Shown in pieces: positions 20,201 through 27,318 of a DNA stretch of 64,000 nt; within the stretch, counting starts at the first letter, position 1, and each line of letters opens with the position of its first letter. The notes beneath the pieces were generated by a model. It made no database searches. It was given only the letters and a program-made list of their open reading frames with translations, and was not told the origin of the DNA. Position numbers and translations under genes: made by a program. This DNA is from Poseidonia sp. (GTDB taxonomy: Archaea > Thermoplasmatota > Poseidoniia > Poseidoniales > Poseidoniaceae): NCBI GenBank assembly GCA_038118245.1, contig JAYOHN010000001.1, positions 14,122 through 78,121 on the forward strand, in the 5' to 3' direction.

Positions 20201-22598
20201 GCACAGCCGCTTGTCCACCGAAGTTGAGACGGCCAACGGCCAACCGCTCAAAGACGGGACGGCGTACCACGCCACCGTCGTGGTGGAATACAACGATGGA
20301 CGGTGGGGCGAGGTGGCCCAGCCGCTCGGCCCTGCAAGCCCCAGTGACGAAGTTCCCGGAGCGCCAGCATGGGCTTCAGCTCAAGCCATGGGGAGTTCGG
20401 GTGAAGACGGTGATGTCGAACTCGAATGGGCCCGATGCACGGCCCTTGACCTCGCAAGAACCAACGTTTACGTCGCCACGACGCCGATGACGGACGCGTT
20501 TGGGCGAAGCCCGTTCACCTCCGTTGCTCCCAACGAAGGGAACCAGTCCGTCCTCTCCCTAACCCCCGGCGTTCCCGTTTGGATCGGCTTCTCCTGCGTC
20601 GACGAAGCCGGCCAAGAAAACCTCGCGAACATCACGGTCGTCGGACCAATCGTCCCCACCGGTGAACTCAACGACAACGAGGCACCCGAACCGGTGGAAG
20701 GAACCGAAGCCAGCGACGTGCCGGACGACGAAGGTGGACGCATCCAGGTGACATGGAATCAGAGCCTTGCCGAGGATTGCGCCTTTTATGCCGTCCTCAT
20801 CAAACAAGGTGACCATGTCCCTGAAGACAACCAAACCACGAACGCTGTGGGCTTTTCACAGGCCGCCATCGTCAACCCTTGCGATTCGACCGAGGCGGTG
20901 ATCAGTTCCTTGGACGGTGTTCCGCTCATCGACGGTCAAGTCTACACCTTTGGAGTCGTGGCGTACGATGTTTGGCTTAACGGCAACACCGACGAGGTCG
21001 TCCTTGTTGCTGCTACACCGTTCCAAAACATCGTCGGCCAAGGCAGCACGCCCCCGAGGGTCACTTCGCTCATGGCGTTTGATCACGCTGACGATGACGG
21101 CACCGCTATCGATGTGGTTTGGGAGCCTTCCACGGTGGATGATTTTGCATCGTACACCGTCTGGGTCTCCAACCTCCCCGTCACGGAACTCTCCGAAGCG
21201 TACGCTGCCTTCGGCACCGACCCCGATGCATGCGGATGCTTCTCCTTCAACAAACAATGGATCGACGAGCGAACCAACCCGATCGAACTGACGCTTTCCA
21301 CGGCGCTTTATGTCCCCGAAGACGCTTCCTTGGCCCAAGGATCTCCCGGCCTCATTCAGCCCGATGTGGAACTCCATGTCGCCGTTACCGTGCACGACCT
21401 CAAAGGAAACGTCCACTTGACCAACCTCACCCAGGTCACGGTCACACCGGTTGACAATCAAAACGATGTGACCGCACCCGATAGGGTCACCCAACTCGAT
21501 TTGCGTGACCGCCCGAACGATGATGGGTCAGCCTTGCTCCTGGATTTTGAGCCTTCCACAGCGAGCGATGTTTCGCGGTATGAAGTGTACGCTGCGACCT
21601 ACAACTTCGAGGGAGCGGTAACGGCTCAACTCGCTCCCGTCGCCACGCTGGGTCGCGATCCAGCGCTTCCTTTGGTGATCGACCTGGTCGCCGGTGACGC
21701 TCCCGTGGTCCCCGGACAGGAAATCTGGGTTGCTGTCGTGGCCGTTGATACGTCGGGCAACGTCCACACAACCCAACTGACCATGGTTTCCGCAGCCTCC
21801 AGCGATGAAGGCATCACCGATGCAGGAATTTATCTGCCCGATATCGAAGATGTAGCGGCTGAATGGTTTGAAGGGGCCAGCATTTTCGTTGAGTGGCGCC
21901 ACTCCATTGACGCCAACGTGAGAGGCTACCACGTCTACATCAGCGACGAAATGTTCACCACGACCGAAGACGCAACGATGGTCGGCCAAACCGTTTCGGC
22001 AAATTCATTCCTCATCACCAACGACAACCATCCCGAGCTTTCCACCGCATCAGCCTGGTTCATCGGTGTGGTCCCCTACGACGAAACGGTGGCGAAATCG
22101 ACCGTTGTATCGGTGAAAGTTGACCCGCTTCAACCAACAGACGGCAGCGAACGTTCGAATGAAACCGGACAACTCTCACTTGATTCCTTGCTGACAGGAC
22201 CAAACCTCATCGCAGCGGGGATGCTTCTCATCGTCCTCATGCTCCTCGTGTTCGTGGTACGCTCTCGAGGTGCTTCAGCCAGGAAGAACAAAGGCTGGGA
22301 ATTGCAGGAGGCCACGTGGGGCATCCAAGACAAGGATTGGGGCAACGTCCCATCGACACCCGCATCTCCAACGGCCCCGGCTCCACCGCAAGGGGTGAGC
22401 GCACAACAAGCCAACGACATTTATTCCGCAGCCGAACAAATTCGTACCGCTTCGACCGGACGTGAAGTCTACCAACAACAGCAACCTGTTTTGCGACCTC
22501 AGGTCGACCCTTCGCTGCTCGATGGCTTGCTTGACGACGCCCCGTCACCCCCGAAGATGCCGGAGATTGACACGTCCTTCCTCGACGACCTCCTGTGA
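14286..22598 (+). CDS. Giant membrane-anchored surface protein (signal peptide, multiple beta-propellers, FN3/Ig-like repeats, C-terminal TM and tail)
   Basis: Signal-like LVVLLLLMSMSPMLMLPTVSA. Repeated GVLRYN..W / NGLPS..V propeller blades. Four D-x-(P/A)-(D/N)-D-x-G modules. TM LIAAGMLLIVLMLLVFVV. Pro/Gln-rich tail. Confidence 0.85.
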   Translation: MDWTQSSRTRLPQRRQAFGLVVLLLLMSMSPMLMLPTVSAHAEPSGVSWPLEGSEDTGWVRLDATGANPLTGQQATADWNLSFAPGAVLSNVTLEVRASGQDGLTVTEPHLTVNGMGTSLFDWRGLGTLGTADGFATGATHSGRLNPNSNSDAGWDLPSDAEITEMIIEVLAPSDPKVSLTPVVFEINDAETDPASGLLYVATNADLLVLNANNDPTIVDAYDYQSEGGVLDVVIDGSNAVLHLLLGDGTFRAFSLTDSTPLAALGDGDLDRFLMTGAGEVFAASGTGLYEWDGGAWKQRVVSTSSDSITRALAMVEVNGIVYASIEGAGVLRYNTANAQALSTWSTANSLHSDNVVHMMPSGNQLLLGSTDFGVGRFDFAAGFWLSTWTSANWLNSDNIAGIQRVGSVLYILNGDSLHTYNISNGVFSTSYSLSNLNLAGEGASLLLWEGVGAAAPNTPVLLVDDGSGTLARLRPGQSPFVEASTILASGPATTDMTAVVELDNVLYIGTGDDTGVLRYDIGSAVWLTPWTGLNDNALALVAAPSAAGSTSLFAAMETQPIVNELNQAGQILNTYDGTSGCYPSTSTVVGLAVDQNSVAMTLENGAFVHFQRTGQQAGTCTAYDTTNGLPTSFVGDVALFGGAAYVATEDKGVLRYNIANDTWLEPWGSTGVNGVNDAPVAMVGDVLHLGLQGYGVARKDMSTGEILSPLLATNQGGVLPSNQIYALESDGSNLYIGTQQGARKWDGNQATNFGQGSTWQTRPFQFFDFVVDGSDLYAGTNIGVCKYTLSTMAVNDCQNVYDGMPNWATYSVGVDASYVYGGTNTGVGLITKSTFQHDTNWGEGTQTGNAVVEIMGDIAYIGTEGLGVLRYNITSNQWLTPFTEDNGVLDGGNDDVTGLVADIRPNLLWVGGDDGFQLINVTTGSEAYDIERNSNLYTAAGPPHEMVIHNNILYYHASTASDEVSRLDVANLTALTNLDIGAQVGENGGDIASMELVGDEVVVSVVSGQWWNADGSGGIARWDTTTSTFAANVLPTGAIDRVTAYESSNGNLWVAWGELKLDLYDANRSLVNSWTTFDLPIRGVVEYNGETLFATEDGVLRYNESTNQWNSPWEAGNGLPSNAGSQFYELWTDGTNLVVGGVRFNNFGGFIEGVISHRNGAGAWTAYAADSNTNIPDGYPISMEMCGGLLNIAMYNGNGGIARIDLQNASVQSDFDRSMLDGFSPASVTCDAQDTLYIGYYNDNQPISRYSYVSGAFLSSLTTSSHNLPSDRVWYDGLAHSGTQLLVGHGIGLFGTNVIGGGYSTLVANGATALQAQVYGGGSSVTSFQWKTGASQWLLGQAGGASGYSHVSSLSSNGMQKIVDLPGLVSGQVSAMTANSTHIWAATGGGQNGGAGNFGGSGTGLLQGIFLPNGSVEWTYGWTLPGNTVATDLALNGGDVYIASNPGGLFKLNTRTQSISSIGGSLHGKFDTMHPYNGQFVMGLAGDGGSPPGVQVFDPSTAQFGNGRLIAGLPSNIVNGFATTTDVLYIATSGGIGRWNYTTNDWMDSITASNGLPNDIVEDVVAVGNDVYAATPSGVFVWDATTNAGTTMTTADGLMGNSAWGLVTHTDASGSISVLVGHDGRGAERPGVSVVDAAAQQVTSTHRFDQIPSNTVTSLASDWWGVHVATDGWPLTHWNASSGEFEDGVRFTQVQYPVQHMFSNGDQVLVLGGENDGILVQARTDAHASLNVFRPGSVTGGTLGANTVWLLTEDGLKGWANNRQYTPVDESSMRRALPLTVRAMNNGGGVDVSNMTHPGMPVQLVSPNDPFQLDNTVGTPGTHNLLFQNVPVVMTSPVSGAAVWAKAVSLNYDATLDISEDPALGLNLQDAVDNGQLYNNTRHVSLRLISPANGSMEVRITYDYVRSDTPVTMEGLVDRPDDGGGVLTASWSLVHDEDFARYLIFVNEGPWTSDPTELMLLGQSPDKAVSLHSRLSTEVETANGQPLKDGTAYHATVVVEYNDGRWGEVAQPLGPASPSDEVPGAPAWASAQAMGSSGEDGDVELEWARCTALDLARTNVYVATTPMTDAFGRSPFTSVAPNEGNQSVLSLTPGVPVWIGFSCVDEAGQENLANITVVGPIVPTGELNDNEAPEPVEGTEASDVPDDEGGRIQVTWNQSLAEDCAFYAVLIKQGDHVPEDNQTTNAVGFSQAAIVNPCDSTEAVISSLDGVPLIDGQVYTFGVVAYDVWLNGNTDEVVLVAATPFQNIVGQGSTPPRVTSLMAFDHADDDGTAIDVVWEPSTVDDFASYTVWVSNLPVTELSEAYAAFGTDPDACGCFSFNKQWIDERTNPIELTLSTALYVPEDASLAQGSPGLIQPDVELHVAVTVHDLKGNVHLTNLTQVTVTPVDNQNDVTAPDRVTQLDLRDRPNDDGSALLLDFEPSTASDVSRYEVYAATYNFEGAVTAQLAPVATLGRDPALPLVIDLVAGDAPVVPGQEIWVAVVAVDTSGNVHTTQLTMVSAASSDEGITDAGIYLPDIEDVAAEWFEGASIFVEWRHSIDANVRGYHVYISDEMFTTTEDATMVGQTVSANSFLITNDNHPELSTASAWFIGVVPYDETVAKSTVVSVKVDPLQPTDGSERSNETGQLSLDSLLTGPNLIAAGMLLIVLMLLVFVVRSRGASARKNKGWELQEATWGIQDKDWGNVPSTPASPTAPAPPQGVSAQQANDIYSAAEQIRTASTGREVYQQQQPVLRPQVDPSLLDGLLDDAPSPPKMPEIDTSFLDDLL

Positions 22599-22607
22599 GG
22601 GGAAGCG

Positions 22608-23357
22608 ATGGGCGTCCAGGGTCCCCGCTCGGAGGTTTTTACCACCGTTCGTGCGGACGCTAACGGAAGGCTTGCCGACTGGCCCGCCCACTTGGACCGG
22701 CTCAAAGCGCACGCAAAACGCCTGCGCATCGCCCTCCCGGAGTTGCCTCACCTTGATTTCAAGGATGATGCAGAAAGCGAAGGATTGGTCCGCATCGCCT
22801 ACCGACCGGAAACGCTGTCATGGACCTTCACGAAGCGACCCCTCGGCCTTCACGACGAGGCCGTTGATGCCATCAGCTACCCTGCACCTCGGTGGAACGA
22901 TCGCACCAACGGGTGCAAGCACGGGCAATGGGATGCTTACCTCGAAGCAAGAACGACGGCGGAAAACGCAGGATGCGATGTGGCCCTCCTGATTCACGAA
23001 CACGCCATTGTTGATGCCGACCGGGCAACGCCGCTGCTGCTCGATGAAGACGGAACGGTGTGGATGGCCCCGGACAGCGACGGTGGTGTGGAAGGTGTTG
23101 CAGCGAGCGTTGTTGAAGCGGCCTTGCCAAACTTGGGCTTCCCTGTTGTACGAAGCCGCCTGAACGAACGAACCGTTGCTCGCTGCGCCGAGTTGGTCCT
23201 GGTCGGAACGGGCATGGGCGCCTGCAGGGTGGACTCGATTGACGGCGAGGCGGTCGGCACTTCCACGACGCTCTCCATGGTCTGCCAGACCGTGTTGCGG
23301 GAACATTTTACCGACGAGGCAACGTGGTCCGCTCCGGGGCAGCAACGTGGCGCATGA
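22608..23357 (+). CDS. pabC: Aminotransferase class IV, probable 4-amino-4-deoxychorismate lyase
   Basis: FTTVR...WPAHLDRL, GCKHG (PLP Lys), ...GGVEGV. Overlaps the start of the pabB-like gene. Confidence 0.7.
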   Translation: MGVQGPRSEVFTTVRADANGRLADWPAHLDRLKAHAKRLRIALPELPHLDFKDDAESEGLVRIAYRPETLSWTFTKRPLGLHDEAVDAISYPAPRWNDRTNGCKHGQWDAYLEARTTAENAGCDVALLIHEHAIVDADRATPLLLDEDGTVWMAPDSDGGVEGVAASVVEAALPNLGFPVVRSRLNERTVARCAELVLVGTGMGACRVDSIDGEAVGTSTTLSMVCQTVLREHFTDEATWSAPGQQRGA

Positions 23358-25590
23358 CATCATCGCCATCGCTCACCGCCTGGCCCAAGAGGGCCTGTTG
23401 GGGGCCGGGGCCCTTCGCTACGGTTCAGCCGACCGGACCATGCTCGTCTCAGCCGGTCCAGCCTCTCATCTTTCGAAATGGTCGCTGTTGTGCGCTCCCG
23501 CCACGAAACGCGTCACGGTACGTCAACCGTCCCGAGCCAGCATGCCTTCGGCACCACCGCACTCCCCGCTCGCCGGTGAGCTTCGTTTGGTCGGGGAAAA
23601 ACCGCTGTTGCAAGCCGAGGTGGAAGAGTGGAAGCACGGTTCGTGGTACCACAGCGTCACCCTTCGTGCGACAAACCTCGGTGATTTGATGACCAAGTTG
23701 CGGGCTGAAACACCGACTGGTCTCTTTTCGCAACCACACACGGCCGGCTTTCCCAACCAACCGTTTTGGTGCGGGGGCTTGGCGTACGACCTTGTTCAAT
23801 GGACCCAGCCTTTGCACCTGCAACATGCGCCCGAAGAAGGCACCCTCCTCGCCGTGTTGTGGTGCGTCACCGGCGGCGTTGCCGTGGAAAACGGGACGGG
23901 AGAGCGGACCGTTTTTGGCAACGACAAAACGTGGACAGAGCAAGCCCAGCAGGCGCTTCAAAGCACCCTTGAGAAACCCGTTGTCCAGGACCCGCCGCAC
24001 CACCGAGAGGCGGTCACCCACACCGATGAAACACATCAAGACAACATCGAAGCGGTTCGTGAAGGCATCGTCAACGGCCAAGTTTACCAGGTGAACGTCG
24101 GGAAACACTGGCAGGGGGAAATCGACGACCCATACGCCGTCTTTCAACGACTTCTCCTCACCAATCCTGCCCCCTACGCCGCTTACATCGAAGCCGAGGA
24201 CCTGGGCTTCGCCCTCGCAAGTTCTTCGCCTGAATCCTTGTTAACATGCGACGGAGAACGTTTGTCCACCTCACCCATCAAGGGAACCTGCCCCCAAGGA
24301 GCGAACGAGACGGAGCGAGAAGCCTTTCGATTGGAGATGCTCAACGACCAAAAAGAGCGGGCTGAACACCGCATGCTCGTGGATTTGATGCGCAACGACC
24401 TGACAAAGATCTCTCGTCCAGGCAGCGTCTCAGTGCGTCGGTTTGACGTTGAAGCCTACGCCAACGTCCAGCATTTGGTCAGCCACATCACCTCTCGCTT
24501 GGCCGACGAAGTTTCCTCGGGTGATGCGTTGGAAGCCGTCTTTCCCGGAGGTTCCATCACGGGCTGTCCCCGCACGATGGTGTGCGCGGTCATCGATGAA
24601 CTTGAACAGATGCCCAGGTCGTTTTGGACCGGATCGGTTGGGTACATCGATGTCCATTCAGGCCAGAGCGCTTGGAACATCTTGATTCGAACGCTGGAGG
24701 CCCACCGCACTGGAGGACGCTGGCACGCATCGGTGGGCGCAGGTGGAGGCATCACCATCGCCTCCAATCCGGTGAAAGAAGTTGAAGAGGCGGCCTGGAA
24801 AGGCGCTGCGTTACGGGTTGCTGCAGGGTGGATGCGCAACGAACACGCCACCTTACCGCAAGCAAACTTGAGCATCCACCCGGTTGATGCCCCCGCCTCT
24901 CAAAACGAAATCCCTGTGAAAGGCACCATTCAATCACTTGAAGTGGCTTTACGCAAGGAGCGGGCCACCGGTGTGCTTTTTATTGACAACCTCGATTCGT
25001 TTTCACTGAACATCGCCGATGCTTTGGCCCAACTTGGCGCAACCGTCACGGTGATGGAGGGGCGTTCACCAAGCGTGGAGATGTACCACGACCCGGTAGC
25101 GCTCAACGATCTGCTCGACCGGTTGCAGCCCTCGCACATCGTCCTCGGCCCGGGTCCCGGGAAGCCTGAGGACGGGGCACTCAGCCTTGCCTTGGCTCAC
25201 CACGCTCTGGCCGGCCAACTCAACGTTCCCGTGTTGGGCGTTTGCCTCGGTCACCAAGCCTTGGCCCAAGCCGACGGTTGGAAGGTCATCGCAGCGCCCA
25301 ACGGCCCGGTGCATGGCGTCCCTGTACCCGTGGAACACGACGGGACCGGCCTCTTCCCAGGCGATCACGCTGAGGCGCTGACGTTGACGCGATACAACTC
25401 GCTGGTGGTGGAAAAGCCGATGCAGGCGACCCTGTTGGTCAACGCCATCGAAAACGGAACCGGTCTGGTCATGGGTGTTCGCCACCCGACCTTGCCGATT
25501 CACGGTTTGCAAATCCACCCTGAATCGGTCGGCTCACCAAAAGGCCTGATGCTCTTGGATGCCTTTCTGGGAATTCAATCGGATGGTTGA
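23347..25590 (+). CDS. Fused aminodeoxychorismate synthase (PabB-type chorismate-binding domain plus C-terminal glutamine amidotransferase)
   Basis: GQVYQVN, NPAPYAAY, SSSPESLL, SPIKGT, KERAEHRMLVDLMRNDL, FPGGSITGCP, NILIRT. GATase: IDNLDSFS, GPGPGKP, GVCLGHQ, QIHPES. GTG start overlaps pabC. Confidence 0.88.
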   Translation: MAHDIIAIAHRLAQEGLLGAGALRYGSADRTMLVSAGPASHLSKWSLLCAPATKRVTVRQPSRASMPSAPPHSPLAGELRLVGEKPLLQAEVEEWKHGSWYHSVTLRATNLGDLMTKLRAETPTGLFSQPHTAGFPNQPFWCGGLAYDLVQWTQPLHLQHAPEEGTLLAVLWCVTGGVAVENGTGERTVFGNDKTWTEQAQQALQSTLEKPVVQDPPHHREAVTHTDETHQDNIEAVREGIVNGQVYQVNVGKHWQGEIDDPYAVFQRLLLTNPAPYAAYIEAEDLGFALASSSPESLLTCDGERLSTSPIKGTCPQGANETEREAFRLEMLNDQKERAEHRMLVDLMRNDLTKISRPGSVSVRRFDVEAYANVQHLVSHITSRLADEVSSGDALEAVFPGGSITGCPRTMVCAVIDELEQMPRSFWTGSVGYIDVHSGQSAWNILIRTLEAHRTGGRWHASVGAGGGITIASNPVKEVEEAAWKGAALRVAAGWMRNEHATLPQANLSIHPVDAPASQNEIPVKGTIQSLEVALRKERATGVLFIDNLDSFSLNIADALAQLGATVTVMEGRSPSVEMYHDPVALNDLLDRLQPSHIVLGPGPGKPEDGALSLALAHHALAGQLNVPVLGVCLGHQALAQADGWKVIAAPNGPVHGVPVPVEHDGTGLFPGDHAEALTLTRYNSLVVEKPMQATLLVNAIENGTGLVMGVRHPTLPIHGLQIHPESVGSPKGLMLLDAFLGIQSDG

Positions 25591-25626
25591 AGAATCCCTT
25601 GCCGTTGGGCAGCATGAGGAACCCCC

Positions 25627-26013
25627 ATGCCGACCTGTCGTCACTGCGGAAGCACGTATCCACGGGAGTTTTTCATTCACGGCAACGGCCCGATGACCCA
25701 AGTTTGCGTCGGGTGCGGCGTGGACAAAGGACTGGTGACCAAAGAAGAAGTCCCTGTCCTTTTTGACAAAGGCACCGCAGGAGCACGGTTCTCCACCGTC
25801 GCTCGTCGCTACAGCATGTTCCTGTATCTGCCGTTTTTGTGGATTTTGTGGGGAGCCACACTCTCCGACGTAGAGCCTTGGGGCCTGTTCTTCCTCGGCT
25901 TGCTCCTGCTCCTCACGCTTGCGGCACCCGTGCTGTTTCTTTACCGAGGTGGACGGTATTCCGGCGACATGGCTCGTCTCTCGCCCGCTTACGAACGCCC
26001 CAAAGGCCACTGA
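25627..26013 (+). CDS. Zinc-ribbon membrane protein
   Basis: CRHC...CVGC followed by two TM helices. Confidence 0.7.
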   Translation: MPTCRHCGSTYPREFFIHGNGPMTQVCVGCGVDKGLVTKEEVPVLFDKGTAGARFSTVARRYSMFLYLPFLWILWGATLSDVEPWGLFFLGLLLLLTLAAPVLFLYRGGRYSGDMARLSPAYERPKGH

Positions 26014-26018
26014 GACCC

Positions 26019-27308
26019 TCAAACCTTGGCGTGAATTTTGAGCACATCGCCGTCGGCAAGCTCGTGATCCGCACCCACCACGCGACGCGTCCGTCCGTCC
26101 ACGCCTCGAATGAATCCGGTCCCCAAATCGGTGTGAACATGAAACGCAAGCGCCTTGGCTTGCATGCCTTGAGGAACCACAAAGGCATCTGGCAGCACCT
26201 TCCCCTCACCATCAACCCAGTGATTTTCGTCTTGGACGGGGTACACCACGATGCGGTTCATCTGGTCAAAAAGCACGGTGTCGAGCAAACGAGCCATGCC
26301 GGTTCCTTGCATCGCCTCCAATTTTGATCGCATGTGGCCCAGTGCTTTCTGTTGGGCTTCACTCAGCGCTTCGGGGTTCGCCACCTCAAAGGTGGAGGCC
26401 CCCGGCCGATAGTGAATCAGGCCAGATTCATGCGCCCTGCGAAGGGCGAGTTCCATGTCCGCCATGCAGGGCACGACCGTCCGTCCTCCAAACCGCTGGA
26501 AGACCCCGGTCGGTGCGATGTCGGCTTTGTTCGCCGCATACACGATGGGAAAGAGGTGAAGGCGAAGGCTTTGCCCGAGGCGTTCAAGGACGCTGGCATC
26601 CCAGTCCCAGGGTTGACGTTCCACCGGGAACCGTTCACGAAAATGCAGCACGGCTTGCGAGACCAAGGATTGGGTTGCGCCGAGCCCGCTCAACCGTTCA
26701 TGGATGAATGAAACCAGCCCTTTCTCGCCTTCGGCTTGAACACGCCGTACCCCTCGGTTCCAGCCCTCATCGAGCAGACCTCCAATCCATGCATCGAGTT
26801 CGGTCTCAAGAAAAGTCATCTCGTCCTCAACCCGCTTCGCGGCCTCTTCGAGCGAGGCCGCGCCTCCGAGAAATTGCCCTTCTTCGTCGGTGGTGCCCGC
26901 CGCGTCAACGACATGAATCAGCACATCGCAATTGGCGAGGTCGGCAAGAAAAGCGTTGCCGCGACCTCGGCCCTCGCTGGCGCCAGGCACAAGACCGGCC
27001 ACATCGACCAAAGCGACCGGCACACGACGACGATGCCCGATGCAGGTTCCAGTCCGAGGCTCACAGAGGCTTCCTTGACGCGGGTCATCGGCATCAACAG
27101 GCGCCATTCGTCCATCGGACTCCAGCCGTTCCCGCAGGCTTTGACACGCACAAGGGAAGCGAGCCTCAACAAAGGCGACCCCGACGTTGGGTTCAATGGT
27201 GCAGAACGGGTAGTTCGCAATGTCCACGTTTGCAAGCGTGGCTGCACTGAAAAACGTGGATTTTCCAACGTTGGGTTTCCCGACCAGCCCGATGCGCACG
27301 TGCATCAC
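26019..27308 (-). CDS. ychF: YchF/Obg family ATPase-GTPase, archaeal type
   Basis: GLVGKPNVGKST, ANYPFCTIEPNVG, DVAGLVPGASEGRGRGNAFL, ANKAD, and a TGS domain HVHTDLGTGFIRG. Confidence 0.93.
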   Translation of the reverse strand: MMHVRIGLVGKPNVGKSTFFSAATLANVDIANYPFCTIEPNVGVAFVEARFPCACQSLRERLESDGRMAPVDADDPRQGSLCEPRTGTCIGHRRRVPVALVDVAGLVPGASEGRGRGNAFLADLANCDVLIHVVDAAGTTDEEGQFLGGAASLEEAAKRVEDEMTFLETELDAWIGGLLDEGWNRGVRRVQAEGEKGLVSFIHERLSGLGATQSLVSQAVLHFRERFPVERQPWDWDASVLERLGQSLRLHLFPIVYAANKADIAPTGVFQRFGGRTVVPCMADMELALRRAHESGLIHYRPGASTFEVANPEALSEAQQKALGHMRSKLEAMQGTGMARLLDTVLFDQMNRIVVYPVQDENHWVDGEGKVLPDAFVVPQGMQAKALAFHVHTDLGTGFIRGVDGRTRRVVGADHELADGDVLKIHAKV

Positions 27309-27318
27309 CGAGCGTGGT

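Noticed and set aside
23176..25590. Anthranilate synthase TrpEG call
   Set aside because: The PIKGT motif, the adjacent PabC-like gene and the absence of other trp genes favour ADC synthase. The N-terminal extension from 23176 overlaps pabC and is unlikely.
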